A DNA stretch of 64,000 bases from a virus (IMGVR_UViG_3300026078_000024:28878-92877), one strand, 5' to 3'. Counted from the stretch's first letter, positions 29,203 to 37,920 are shown. Made by a program: numbers and translations. Notes: a model not told the origin generated them from the sequence alone.

Positions 29203-29882
29203 AGGCGATCATCTGTTTCTCCGGCGGGATGGACTCCACCGTCCTCGCCACGTCGTACCTCCACCAGGGGTACAAGCTGGGCCTGTTGTCGTTCGACTAC
29301 GGGCAACGCCACAAGGCGGCCGAGCTGGCGGCCGGTGCGCGCGTCGCCGGGTATCTCGACAACCTCGGCATCGCGCCCGTGTCCCGCCAGGTGGTCGATC
29401 TCGGGGTCCTCGGGGATCTCCTCCCCGGTTCCGCGTTGACGGATCCGGAGGTCGACGTGCCGGACGGGCATTACGCGGCCGAGACGATGCGCGCCACCGT
29501 GGTCCCGAACCGCAATGCGATCATGGCGAACATCGCGATTGGGGTTGCGTCGGCGGTGGAGGCGGACGTGATCGCCCTCGGGATGCATGCCGGGGACCAC
29601 GCGATCTACCCCGACTGCCGACCCGAGTTCGTCCGGGCGTTGCGTCAGACCATGGTCCACGCCCTCAAGGGGTTCCACACCCCGCGTCTCGACACGCCGT
29701 TCATCGGCATCAGCAAGACCAACATCGCCCGCCTCGGGGACACCCTCGGCGCGCCGGTGCATCTCTCCTGGTCCTGCTACAAGGGCGGCGATTTGCACTG
29801 CGGCACCTGTGGCACGTGCACAGAGCGCAAAGAGGCGTTCAAGGACGCCGGTGTCCATGATCCGACGGAGTACCTGGCGTGA
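29199..29882 (+). CDS. queC: 7-cyano-7-deazaguanine synthase
   Basis: SGGMDS, YGQRH, VPNRN, YPDCRPEF, SCY...HCGTCGTC. Confidence 0.97.
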   Translation: MKAIICFSGGMDSTVLATSYLHQGYKLGLLSFDYGQRHKAAELAAGARVAGYLDNLGIAPVSRQVVDLGVLGDLLPGSALTDPEVDVPDGHYAAETMRATVVPNRNAIMANIAIGVASAVEADVIALGMHAGDHAIYPDCRPEFVRALRQTMVHALKGFHTPRLDTPFIGISKTNIARLGDTLGAPVHLSWSCYKGGDLHCGTCGTCTERKEAFKDAGVHDPTEYLA

Positions 29883-30256
29883 GCTACACGATCTGCAAGA
29901 CGTTCCGGTTCGAGGCCGCGCACCAGTTGCACGGCCTCCCGCCGGACCACCAGTGCGCCCGGATGCACGGCCACTCCTACCGGATCGACCTGGAACTCAC
30001 TGAGTTGGGTGCCGAGTTGGACTACCCCGGGTTCGTGGTCGACTTCGGGCGCCTGAAGCCGTTCAAGGAGTGGATCGACAAGACCCTCGATCACCGCGTC
30101 CTGAACGAGATCCTGCCGGTCGAACCGACAGCGGAGAACCTCGCCGCATGGATCTTCTCCGTGGTCGAGATCGCCCTCCCGGAATGGATCTCCGGCAAGG
30201 TCGCGGCCGTGAGGGTCCACGAGACCGAGACATCCTGGGCGGAGTACCGGCCGTGA
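29879..30256 (+). CDS. queD: 6-carboxy-tetrahydropterin synthase
   Basis: FEAAH, CARMHGHSY, DFG, LDHRVLN, PTAEN, ET. Confidence 0.95.
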   Translation: MSYTICKTFRFEAAHQLHGLPPDHQCARMHGHSYRIDLELTELGAELDYPGFVVDFGRLKPFKEWIDKTLDHRVLNEILPVEPTAENLAAWIFSVVEIALPEWISGKVAAVRVHETETSWAEYRP

Positions 30257-30900
30257 GGCCCGACTCCGTGGACAAGATCGTCGTCCAGTACTTCGGTGCC
30301 GTGACGGCGCAGCGGTTCGAGTACCGGGGCGTGGTGCACGACGTGCCGCGCCTCACCGTCTCCCCCGGCCTCCTGCGCGGTTACACCTGCCCGGCCGGAT
30401 GCGGCGGGTGCTGTCCCCGCTTCTCGTTGGACTACCTGCCGACCGAGACGCGGCCGGACGGCACCACGCCCCGGATGATCGACTTCAACGGGTACCAGGT
30501 GGAGATCTTCTCGGATCTCCAGGACGACCACCGTTCCGACCGCTGCCGGAACCTGATGCCCGACGGCCGGTGCGGCATCCATCCGGTCCGCCCGTTCTCG
30601 TGCGACTTCGAGCTGATCCGGTTCATGGCCCGGCCGGGCACGGCGCACATGAATCAGCGCCTGTTCTCCCGTGGGTGGAACATGAAGCGCACCGACGGCG
30701 GCCGGGGCGCCAAGTGCGAGATGCTCCCGGCCGACCCGTCCACCGTGGCGGACGTGATCCGTAAGCTCGGCCGTCTGGCGGAATGGGCCGACCACTTCGG
30801 GATCTCCACCCGCACCGGCCTGATCGTCGACTGGGTGGAGAAGATCAAGGACGATCCCATGTCGGCCGACAACCTCGTCCTTCCGGGGAGGTCGCGGTGA
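30253..30900 (+). CDS. CxxxCxxCC (YkgJ/FliB-like) Fe-S protein; candidate preQ1 N-methyltransferase
   Basis: CPAGCGGCC...CRNL..DGRCGIH..RPFSC; embedded between queD and queE with GTGA overlaps. Confidence 0.7.
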   Translation: MRPDSVDKIVVQYFGAVTAQRFEYRGVVHDVPRLTVSPGLLRGYTCPAGCGGCCPRFSLDYLPTETRPDGTTPRMIDFNGYQVEIFSDLQDDHRSDRCRNLMPDGRCGIHPVRPFSCDFELIRFMARPGTAHMNQRLFSRGWNMKRTDGGRGAKCEMLPADPSTVADVIRKLGRLAEWADHFGISTRTGLIVDWVEKIKDDPMSADNLVLPGRSR

Positions 30901-31652
30901 GCTACCAGGACAACCACGACACCGTGACCCCGTCTCTCGTCGTCTCGGAGATCTTCGGGCCGACCGTGTCCGGCGAGGGCGCGACGTTGGGGCGCCGGTG
31001 CGGCTTCCTCCGCCTCATGGGCTGCAACCTTCACTGCACGTGGTGCGACACGGCGTACACCTGGGATGCGCGCCGGTTCGATCTCGTCGCGCAGGGCCAC
31101 CGGATGACATGGCCGGTGATCGTGGAGCAACTGATCGCGATGAACGTCGACCTGGTGATCGTCTCCGGCGGAGAACCTCTCCTCCACCAGGACCAGCGGG
31201 CTTGGGAGTTGATCCTCCGCTCCCTGACCGGCGCCGGTATCGGGGTCGAGGTCGAGACGAACGGTACGAAGATCCCGAACCAGGCCAGCCGGGACTTCGT
31301 GCGCCGGTTCACCGTCTCCCCCAAGCTGGCGCACGCCGGTGATCCCGAGTCGGCGCGCATCGTGCCGGAGGCGATCGGTGCCTTTCGGCTGATCATGGAC
31401 CAGCTGGGTGAGTGGAAGGACAGGGTGATCTTCAAGTTCGTGTGCGCCACCCCGGAGCACGTGGCCGAGGTGCAGCGCTGGGTGAAGATCTTCCAGATCA
31501 GGCCGGAGTGCGTATGGATCATGCCGGAGGGCGTCGACACTCCGGCCTTGTGCGATCATCTGGCTGTGATCACGGATCCTGCCGTGGCTGCCGGGTTCAA
31601 CGTCACGACCCGCCTCCACATCCATGTGTGGGGCGACGAAAGAGGCCACTGA
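30897..31652 (+). CDS. queE: 7-carboxy-7-deazaguanine synthase (radical SAM)
   Basis: EIFGPTVSGEG, CNLHCTWCDT, SGGEP, VETNGT, SPKL, RLH. Confidence 0.95.
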   Translation: MSYQDNHDTVTPSLVVSEIFGPTVSGEGATLGRRCGFLRLMGCNLHCTWCDTAYTWDARRFDLVAQGHRMTWPVIVEQLIAMNVDLVIVSGGEPLLHQDQRAWELILRSLTGAGIGVEVETNGTKIPNQASRDFVRRFTVSPKLAHAGDPESARIVPEAIGAFRLIMDQLGEWKDRVIFKFVCATPEHVAEVQRWVKIFQIRPECVWIMPEGVDTPALCDHLAVITDPAVAAGFNVTTRLHIHVWGDERGH

Positions 31653-31654
31653 TC

Positions 31655-32290
31655 ATGTGCACTGACGCCTGTTCCGAGATGCATACCTACATCCCCGGTT
31701 GTGATCTCTCCGTGGGTTTCGCCGCGCCGACGGCGGCCGACATGTTCCGCGACGGCATGCGCGGCATGTTCTCGTACCTCGGTCTCGACCCGGACGGCGA
31801 GGAACTGGTGGACACCCCCGGCCGGTGGATCCGGGCCATGGAAGAGTTCACGCAGGGGTATCAGGAAGATCCCGGTCGGATCCTGGAACGGACCTTCCCC
31901 GTGGCCCGGTCCGGCGCGGAACCAATCGGCGTGTCCCATATCCCGTTCACGTCCATCTGTGCCCACCACCTGTTGCCGTTCTCCGGCACGGCGATGATCG
32001 CCTACATGCCCGGCGAGGGTGACCGGGTGGTGGGTCTCTCCAAGCTCCCGCGTCTTCTCGACGCGTTCGCCCGACGTCTCCAGACCCAGGAACGGATCAC
32101 GGTGCAGATCACCGAAGCGATCGACAAGCATCTGTCGCCCCGGGGTGCGGCGTGCGTGATCCGGTCCGAACACGGGTGCCTCGCGCACCGGGGAGCACGG
32201 AAGCCCGGCGCGGTCATGGTGACCTCGTCCTTTACGGGATACTTCAGAGATCCGGACCGTCGGCGGGAGCTTCTCGACCTCATGCGGTGA
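31655..32290 (+). CDS. folE: GTP cyclohydrolase I
   Basis: DTPGR, SICAHHLLPF, GLSKLPR, RRLQTQE, HGCLAHRG. Confidence 0.95.
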   Translation: MCTDACSEMHTYIPGCDLSVGFAAPTAADMFRDGMRGMFSYLGLDPDGEELVDTPGRWIRAMEEFTQGYQEDPGRILERTFPVARSGAEPIGVSHIPFTSICAHHLLPFSGTAMIAYMPGEGDRVVGLSKLPRLLDAFARRLQTQERITVQITEAIDKHLSPRGAACVIRSEHGCLAHRGARKPGAVMVTSSFTGYFRDPDRRRELLDLMR

Positions 32291-32317
32291 GATTTGGATC
32301 TAGAAGGAAATTGAATC

Positions 32318-32914
32318 ATGACGGCACCCGAACGATTCGAAGATCCCGAGCGGTTGGAACGGATCAGGCAGGCCGCACACCTGAAGGTGGTCGTCGGCAT
32401 GACCTGGGACGATGCGGCGCGCGCCACCGGCTTCAACTCCCCCCAGGCGTGTTCGGCGGCGGTGAAGGCGCACGTCAAGAACCTCGCCCGGGAGACGGAG
32501 AAGGAGTTGGAGGCCCTCGTCCAGCAGTCGGACATGCGGTACGACGCCATGCGGCGCCGGGCTCACGCGATCATGGTGGCCGACCATCCGTTGGTGCAGG
32601 GCGGAGAGATCGTGAGGGACGACCAGGGGCGGCCGTTGCGGGACGCCGGTCCACAACTCGCGGCGCTCAATGCCCTGTTGAGAATCGAGTCGCAGTGGTC
32701 CGATCTGCACGGGATCAACGCCTCCAAAAAGCTGGAGATCGCCCTCAACGTCCGGGCCGACGTGGAGTCGAATCTTGTGGCAGAGGCGGTTCTCGCGGCG
32801 GCTGAAGCCCTTGGCTTGGAACCCCAACAGCGCATGCTCGCCCTGGAAGCGGCAGCGGCGCGTCTCGACGCGGTGGACGGAGAGGTGATCTCGGATGAGC
32901 AGACCCCTGAGTGA
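32318..32914 (+). CDS. putative terminase small subunit (HTH)
   Basis: N-terminal HTH (GMTWDDAARATGF), D.GPQLAA...LLRI..LHGINA as in actinophage TerS-like proteins. Confidence 0.6.
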   Translation: MTAPERFEDPERLERIRQAAHLKVVVGMTWDDAARATGFNSPQACSAAVKAHVKNLARETEKELEALVQQSDMRYDAMRRRAHAIMVADHPLVQGGEIVRDDQGRPLRDAGPQLAALNALLRIESQWSDLHGINASKKLEIALNVRADVESNLVAEAVLAAAEALGLEPQQRMLALEAAAARLDAVDGEVISDEQTPE

Positions 32915-33053
32915 AGACGATGCGGCGGCCCGGCGGAAAGACGAGAACGGTTCATGGGGCGTGATCGTCATGTGCGACACCGAACAGCAGCAGATCGAGC
33001 TGCTCCAGCGCATGATCGACGAAGGCCGGGTCGTCCGCGCCCTGATCAAATGA
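32895..33053 (+). CDS. small protein (52 aa)
   Basis: WGVIVMCDTEQQQIELLQRMIDEG; translationally coupled to the GNAT gene. Confidence 0.55.
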   Translation: MSRPLSEDDAAARRKDENGSWGVIVMCDTEQQQIELLQRMIDEGRVVRALIK

Positions 33054-33580
33054 CCGGGTTCACGTGGCACCGGTCGACCGGCCATCCATTCGTCCCGTTG
33101 TGCATTCACAAGATCGACCGGTCCCTGTGGCCCATGTTCTCCCGCCACCACTACCTGAGCGCCGATATCAACTCCTCCGCACAGTGTTACGGCGGGTTCA
33201 TCGGGGAAGATCTCGTGGCGTTCATGGCGTACATCCATTTCCCCCATCCCAAGGTCCGGAACATCAAACGCGGGCATCGCACCGTCGTCCTCCCCGACTT
33301 CCAAGGGCTCGGGATCTCCGGGGTCATGGCGGAAACCATCGGCCAGATGCTGCACGATCAAGGCTTCCGTTACCGGCGCGTCATCGCCCACCCGGCAGTG
33401 ATCTCCTACTGCTCCCGGTCACCGCGTTGGAGGGAAACCACCAACACCTCTCGCAAGGTTCCTGACCGGCCGACCGGAGACAGGTGGAGTGTGGCGGGAG
33501 AACGGACCCCGGTGAAACGGATCATCGATCCCCGCGTCCTGTCCATGAGATCGTTCGAGTATGTGCCGGTGATCAGGTGA
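33050..33580 (+). CDS. GNAT-family acetyltransferase
   Basis: FSRHHYL, RTVVLPDFQGLGI acetyl-CoA motif A, HPA. Confidence 0.85.
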   Translation: MTGFTWHRSTGHPFVPLCIHKIDRSLWPMFSRHHYLSADINSSAQCYGGFIGEDLVAFMAYIHFPHPKVRNIKRGHRTVVLPDFQGLGISGVMAETIGQMLHDQGFRYRRVIAHPAVISYCSRSPRWRETTNTSRKVPDRPTGDRWSVAGERTPVKRIIDPRVLSMRSFEYVPVIR

Positions 33581-34251
33581 AGAGGGACATCGAGGTCTTT
33601 ACGGAGATCAACGTCACGCCCCGGGTTCTCCAGGTGTCCGGCATGTTCGACGTCCCGGCGTCCGGCAGGGTCACCGCCCAGTGGAGTGTGGATCTTCCCA
33701 TCGAGGACCGTGAGTGGAATGTCGGTCTTATCGTCGGCCCGTCCGGTTCGGGCAAGTCGGTCATGGCGCGCACATTGTTCCCCGAGGCGACCCGTGCCGT
33801 TCATTCCTGGGACGACCGGGCCCTTGTCGACTGCTTCCCTCCCGGTATGGGGATCAAAGACGTGGTCGGCCTCCTCACCTCGGTGGGTCTCGGTTCTCCC
33901 CCGGCGTGGATACGCCCCTACCGGACCCTCTCCACCGGTGAGGCGTTCCGCGCCTCCGTCGCCCGTACATTGGCCCAGGCCGAGGGAGTGTGCGTGGTGG
34001 ACGAGTTCACGTCCACCGTGGACCGGCAGGTTGCGAAGATCGCCAGTCATGCGATTCAGAAGACAGTGCGGCGGCGCGGCCAGCAACTGATCGCCGTCAC
34101 CTGCCACTACGATGTGATCGACTGGCTTCAGCCGGATTGGATCTACGACACCGGAACGTCACACGCGGCACTCGGCGGAGAAGATCCGGCGGTCATTGAG
34201 AAGATCAACCCCACCGGCCCGTGCGTCCACCAGACAAGGATCTCCTCATGA
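33577..34251 (+). CDS. ABC-type ATPase (non-transporter)
   Basis: GPSGSGKS, LSTGE, VVDEFTSTVDR, TCHYDV. Confidence 0.9.
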   Translation: MKRDIEVFTEINVTPRVLQVSGMFDVPASGRVTAQWSVDLPIEDREWNVGLIVGPSGSGKSVMARTLFPEATRAVHSWDDRALVDCFPPGMGIKDVVGLLTSVGLGSPPAWIRPYRTLSTGEAFRASVARTLAQAEGVCVVDEFTSTVDRQVAKIASHAIQKTVRRRGQQLIAVTCHYDVIDWLQPDWIYDTGTSHAALGGEDPAVIEKINPTGPCVHQTRISS

Positions 34252-34589
34252 GTCCGAGTGACTTCAACCCGATCGGGCCGGACGCGTTCGATCTCGGTCA
34301 TGATCATTGGGGCGCCTACTCCGCATGGGCACCGGACCGGGAACTGAATCCCCACCGTGCGCACCTGCCGGACGTGGAGAAGTGGGGGATCTTGATCTAC
34401 CACAAGAACCCGGCCGGTAAGTGGTGCGCCGGGTTCTGCACCTTCGCCGGAGACGTGCAACGGGAGGTGGCACCGACGGCGGTCACGTGGGACGTGATCA
34501 GTTGGGAACCGTTGACGATCTCTCCGTCCGTTCTCTGTTCGTGCGGTGATCATGGTTATGTGCGCGAAGGGGCATGGGTGCCTGCCTGA
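34248..34589 (+). CDS. hypothetical protein (DUF6527-like)
   Basis: LTISPSVLCSCGDHGYVREGAW. Confidence 0.6.
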   Translation: MSPSDFNPIGPDAFDLGHDHWGAYSAWAPDRELNPHRAHLPDVEKWGILIYHKNPAGKWCAGFCTFAGDVQREVAPTAVTWDVISWEPLTISPSVLCSCGDHGYVREGAWVPA

Positions 34590-34617
34590 CATTACGGGGA
34601 TCACGTACCATTGATCC

Positions 34618-35130
34618 ATGGATCAAAAGTGCTGCACCAAGTGCAAGACGATCAAGCCTCTCGATCAGTTCTACCGGCGCAAGCGTGCCAAGGACGGCCG
34701 GACATCAGAGTGCGCCGAATGCCGGAATGCTGCGGTGAAGCAGTGGAGGATCGACAACCCGGAGAGAGCCAAGAAGATCGAACACAACCGGGCGCGCGAT
34801 TACTCGAAAGAGATCTCAAGAACGAAGGCATACCGCGCGACCCCCGAAGGGAAGCGCCGGATGCGCGGGTACCGGTTGAAGGCCGAATACGGGATCAGCT
34901 TGGAGCAGTACGAAGATCTATTGGACGAACAAGGCGGGGTGTGCGCGATCTGCAAGCGTCCACCGTCCGGCGAGAATCACGCCAACACGTACCTGCATGT
35001 CGATCATGACCATGTGTCCGGCCATGTCCGAGGTCTTCTCTGCCACCCGTGCAATACCGCAATCGGTCTGCTCGGCGATGATCCGGAACGAATCCAGGCG
35101 GCGGCCAGTTACGTGCATCACAGATCGTAG
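34618..35130 (+). CDS. endonuclease VII-family nuclease
   Basis: YGIS..QY..LL..QGGVCAIC...VDHDH..G.VRGLLC..CN. Confidence 0.9.
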   Translation: MDQKCCTKCKTIKPLDQFYRRKRAKDGRTSECAECRNAAVKQWRIDNPERAKKIEHNRARDYSKEISRTKAYRATPEGKRRMRGYRLKAEYGISLEQYEDLLDEQGGVCAICKRPPSGENHANTYLHVDHDHVSGHVRGLLCHPCNTAIGLLGDDPERIQAAASYVHHRS

Positions 35131-35222
35131 GGGGCATGGGTCCCGGCGTAACCGGCCCGGCGTGCGGCCCCCGCTGCCGTCTCCCGCGCGTTCAACCCCC
35201 TCCCGGTCCACCCATACACACT

Positions 35223-35260
35223 TGTGCGCCCCGACCTCTCAGCGGGGCGCACAGCCTTTT
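35223..35260 (+). terminator. intrinsic terminator
   Basis: TGTGCGCCCCG...CGGGGCGCACA followed by GCCTTTT. Confidence 0.7.
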
Positions 35261-35274
35261 GGATCTAGTCAAAT

Positions 35275-35572
35275 TTAGATGTATGGGGTAGGTACAGCAC
35301 CCGTAGATCAAAAGAGAACCCCTCCGGAGAGGGGTTCTGATCTTCACTTCTTGATCTTCCGATTGACGATCGACTTCGCGTTCGGGGTCCTGCGCGCTAT
35401 CCGGGTGGCGGAGAAGAAGATTGCCGCTGCGACTCCGGGGGTCCTGTTCATGATCCCTGCTCTCTGTTGATTTGTCCATCTACTAGTAGTATGCGCCGAA
35501 TTGACCCGGTTCAACCCGATTCGATGGTAAAATCTAAGAACTTTTAATGCTGTACCTACCCCATACACCTAA
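35275..35572. repeat. 25-bp inverted repeats (35275-35299 and 35548-35572) flanking an AT-richer cassette
   Basis: TTAGATGTATGGGGTAGGTACAGCA versus the reverse complement TTAGGTGTATGGGGTAGGTACAGCA; 1 mismatch. Confidence 0.9.
35344..35451 (-). CDS. 35-aa basic peptide inside the inverted-repeat cassette
   Basis: MNRTPGVAAAIFFSATRIARRTPNAKSIVNRKIKK; hairpin terminator AGAACCCCTC-CGGA-GAGGGGTTCT right after the stop. Confidence 0.45.
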   Translation of the reverse strand: MNRTPGVAAAIFFSATRIARRTPNAKSIVNRKIKK

Positions 35573-35592
35573 CTGCGCTGGAGCAAGATCAG

Positions 35593-35665
35593 TCGGGTGG
35601 GTGAGACTCGAACTCACGATCTCTGGTTCCCGAAACCAGTGCCTTACCACCTTGGCCACCACCCG
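35593..35665 (-). tRNA. tRNA-Pro (anticodon CGG)
   Basis: CGGGTGG/CCACCCG acceptor stem, D arm GCCAAGGTGGTAAGGC, CTGGT-TTCGGGA-ACCAG anticodon arm, GTGAG-TTCGAGT-CTCAC T arm; CCA not encoded. Confidence 0.92.
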
Positions 35666-35925
35666 TGAGCGGGAGAACCGGGCACGCGCCCCCGGCTGCG
35701 ATCGTTGACACCGCTCCCGCACGGCTGTCTGTGAAGCCTGCTGGTGCCAGCCGCAGCGGACCCAGGTGCATCGGAGGTGTGACGGCCTCCGCCAGGGGTC
35801 GGCCACGGGGGACGGGAAGACACCGAGTAACCCGTGATCACTGTCCCTTTGCCCGGCGCCCCTCGGACGTCACTCCTACTCACGCCGTATGCTGCTCACT
35901 GTATCGGACCGACCGAAGGATATGC

Positions 35926-36243
35926 ATGCGGGTTCCTGCCGAGTTGGTGATCGTCCAAGACACGGTCATTCTCCAGAAGTGCGCACTCTACAAAGATCAT
36001 TTCTGCGCCGTGGTCAACGCGCACCACATCTGCCCGAAGTCATGGTTCGAGGCGGCAGGGGTCCTGGTCGTCACCCCCATGATCACCCTGTGCCCGGTGT
36101 GCCACATGAACGTGCACGCGGCGATCGACGGGAAGATCAAGGGGCAGGATGTATCCATGATCCCGCCCCGTTGCCGGAGCCTCGCGGCACAGGCGTTCGA
36201 TCTGGCGACCATGAACAACCTCACCCCGGGACTGACGCTATGA
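35926..36243 (+). CDS. HNH endonuclease-like protein
   Basis: AHHICPKS...ITLCPVCHMNVH. Confidence 0.7.
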   Translation: MRVPAELVIVQDTVILQKCALYKDHFCAVVNAHHICPKSWFEAAGVLVVTPMITLCPVCHMNVHAAIDGKIKGQDVSMIPPRCRSLAAQAFDLATMNNLTPGLTL

Positions 36244-36503
36244 CCACCCCTCCCGAACCCGACCCCAACTGGTCGTTCTCCCCGGACCACGACATACGGT
36301 GCCCCGAGTGCGACACCCACCTCCACGGCCTCAACTGGGTCCTGAACGACGACGAGACCGAGACGGTCGGCATGTCCCTCGTCCCGTGCGGCCATGAACT
36401 CCCCACGGTCCAATGGGAGTTGAAGTTCTCCGGCCGGGACACGGGGGAACGCCGGTACGGGCAGACGATCAGGATCCCGGCGTTCATCAGAAAGGTTCAA
36501 TGA
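36240..36503 (+). CDS. hypothetical zinc-ribbon protein
   Basis: CPEC...PCGH. Confidence 0.55.
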   Translation: MTTPPEPDPNWSFSPDHDIRCPECDTHLHGLNWVLNDDETETVGMSLVPCGHELPTVQWELKFSGRDTGERRYGQTIRIPAFIRKVQ

Positions 36504-37084
36504 CCATGGTTCATCTCGGACCGACGTCCACGACCAAGACCTACCGGCCGCGCGTCGGAGATATCGGCCTCGTCCGGATCTCCGGCGCGGGCGGCCGGAT
36601 CATCCGGAGCCTCCAATGGGCCGACGGCTGCGGGTACGAGGACTACGAGCACGCCCTAGGGGTGGTCGAGAACGATCCCGCCGGAGACACCGGACCGGTG
36701 ATCGTGGAGGCGGAACCCGGCGGGGCGGTGAAGGTCCCGTTGCATTACACCGGCGTCCGGTGGTTGGTCTGCCCGAACGAGTACCGCAGTGAGATGGTCC
36801 ACTTCCTCAATCTCTGCGCCGACCAGAAGATCCCCTACTCCTGGCTCGACTACGCGGCGATCGGCGCCCGCCGGTTCCACCTCCCCGGCGGGTTCCTCCA
36901 GAACTACATTCGGACGTCCCAGCACATGATGTGTTCACAGCTCGTCGATTGGTGCGCCAGCCAAGCGGGTTGGCACCTGTTCGACGACGGCCGGTGGGAG
37001 GGTTACGTCCCTCCGTGTGACCTCAACAAGTTGTGGCACAAGCACTACGACCTGCACAACGGCACCGCCTTCCAGGGAGCTTGA
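36500..37084 (+). CDS. permuted NlpC/P60 papain-like amidase (YiiX/YaeF-like)
   Basis: GDIGL, YEHA, VEA, PYSW, MCSQLV (His before Cys). Confidence 0.75.
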   Translation: MTMVHLGPTSTTKTYRPRVGDIGLVRISGAGGRIIRSLQWADGCGYEDYEHALGVVENDPAGDTGPVIVEAEPGGAVKVPLHYTGVRWLVCPNEYRSEMVHFLNLCADQKIPYSWLDYAAIGARRFHLPGGFLQNYIRTSQHMMCSQLVDWCASQAGWHLFDDGRWEGYVPPCDLNKLWHKHYDLHNGTAFQGA

Positions 37085-37086
37085 TC

Positions 37087-37920
37087 ATGACCGTCACCGT
37101 CCGCCGGTACGAGAACGTCACCGACCCGCGTCTCGGCCGACACGTCCGCCGGGACGACCGGGACTTCGCCTACTCCGTGGCACCCTTGCCGCGCCGGGCG
37201 TTGCATTCCGTCGACTGGACGCGCCGTGTCCCGATCTTCAATCAGGGCCAGGTGGGGTCGTGCACGTTCAACGCGGCGGCCGGGTGTCTCGCCACCGATT
37301 CCTCGGGCGGCCGTACCGGCGCGCAGGTCGCGCACGTCACCCATGCCGACACGTTCGGCGTGTTCCGCATGGGCGATTACCAGGTGCAGGAGAACCCGTT
37401 CGTTCTCTCCGGGTACTCCCTCACCACCAAGATCGACCCGTTCCCCGGCGACTACCCCACCGAGGACACAGGGTCGGACGGCCCGTCGGCAGCGTCGGCC
37501 TTGGTCCTTCTCGGTCTCGCCGACCATTACACCCATGCCTTCACGTTGGACGCGGTCCAGACGGCATTGCAGTACGGGCCGGTGATGTGGGGAACCGTCT
37601 GGCTCAATTCCATGTACGACCTCGACGCGCACGACTGCCTGGTCATCGACACGTCGTCCGGCGAGGCGGGCGGCCACGAAATGGAGATCTCCGGCTGGGA
37701 TTCCGACACCGGTCTCTACAAGATCCCGCAATCGTGGGGGGAGTCGTTCGGCGACCACGGATGGATCTATGTGAAGGAGCCTGATCTTGTGACTCTTCTC
37801 GGCATGCAGGGGGACATCACGCAACCGGTGTGGGCGACGGTTCCGAAGCCGGTTCCGGTGACGGCGCAGGCGTTCTACAACACGATCAAGGCGGACGCGA
37901 AGAAGGTGGGATTGAAGTGA
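37087..37920 (+). CDS. C1 (papain-family) cysteine peptidase
   Basis: NQGQVGSCT, GGHEM, QSWGESFGDHG. Confidence 0.85.
   Translation: MTVTVRRYENVTDPRLGRHVRRDDRDFAYSVAPLPRRALHSVDWTRRVPIFNQGQVGSCTFNAAAGCLATDSSGGRTGAQVAHVTHADTFGVFRMGDYQVQENPFVLSGYSLTTKIDPFPGDYPTEDTGSDGPSAASALVLLGLADHYTHAFTLDAVQTALQYGPVMWGTVWLNSMYDLDAHDCLVIDTSSGEAGGHEMEISGWDSDTGLYKIPQSWGESFGDHGWIYVKEPDLVTLLGMQGDITQPVWATVPKPVPVTAQAFYNTIKADAKKVGLK

Noticed and set aside
28810-32290. Que genes as tRNA queuosine auxiliary metabolism
   Set aside because: There is no queA/queG or canonical tgt, and the only tRNA is not a GUN-anticodon substrate. DNA modification is the more parsimonious reading, though unproven.
35593-35665. tRNA as attL/attR or a prophage boundary
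   Set aside because: Phage genes continue on both sides, there is no duplicated tRNA 3' end, and no integrase is in the window.
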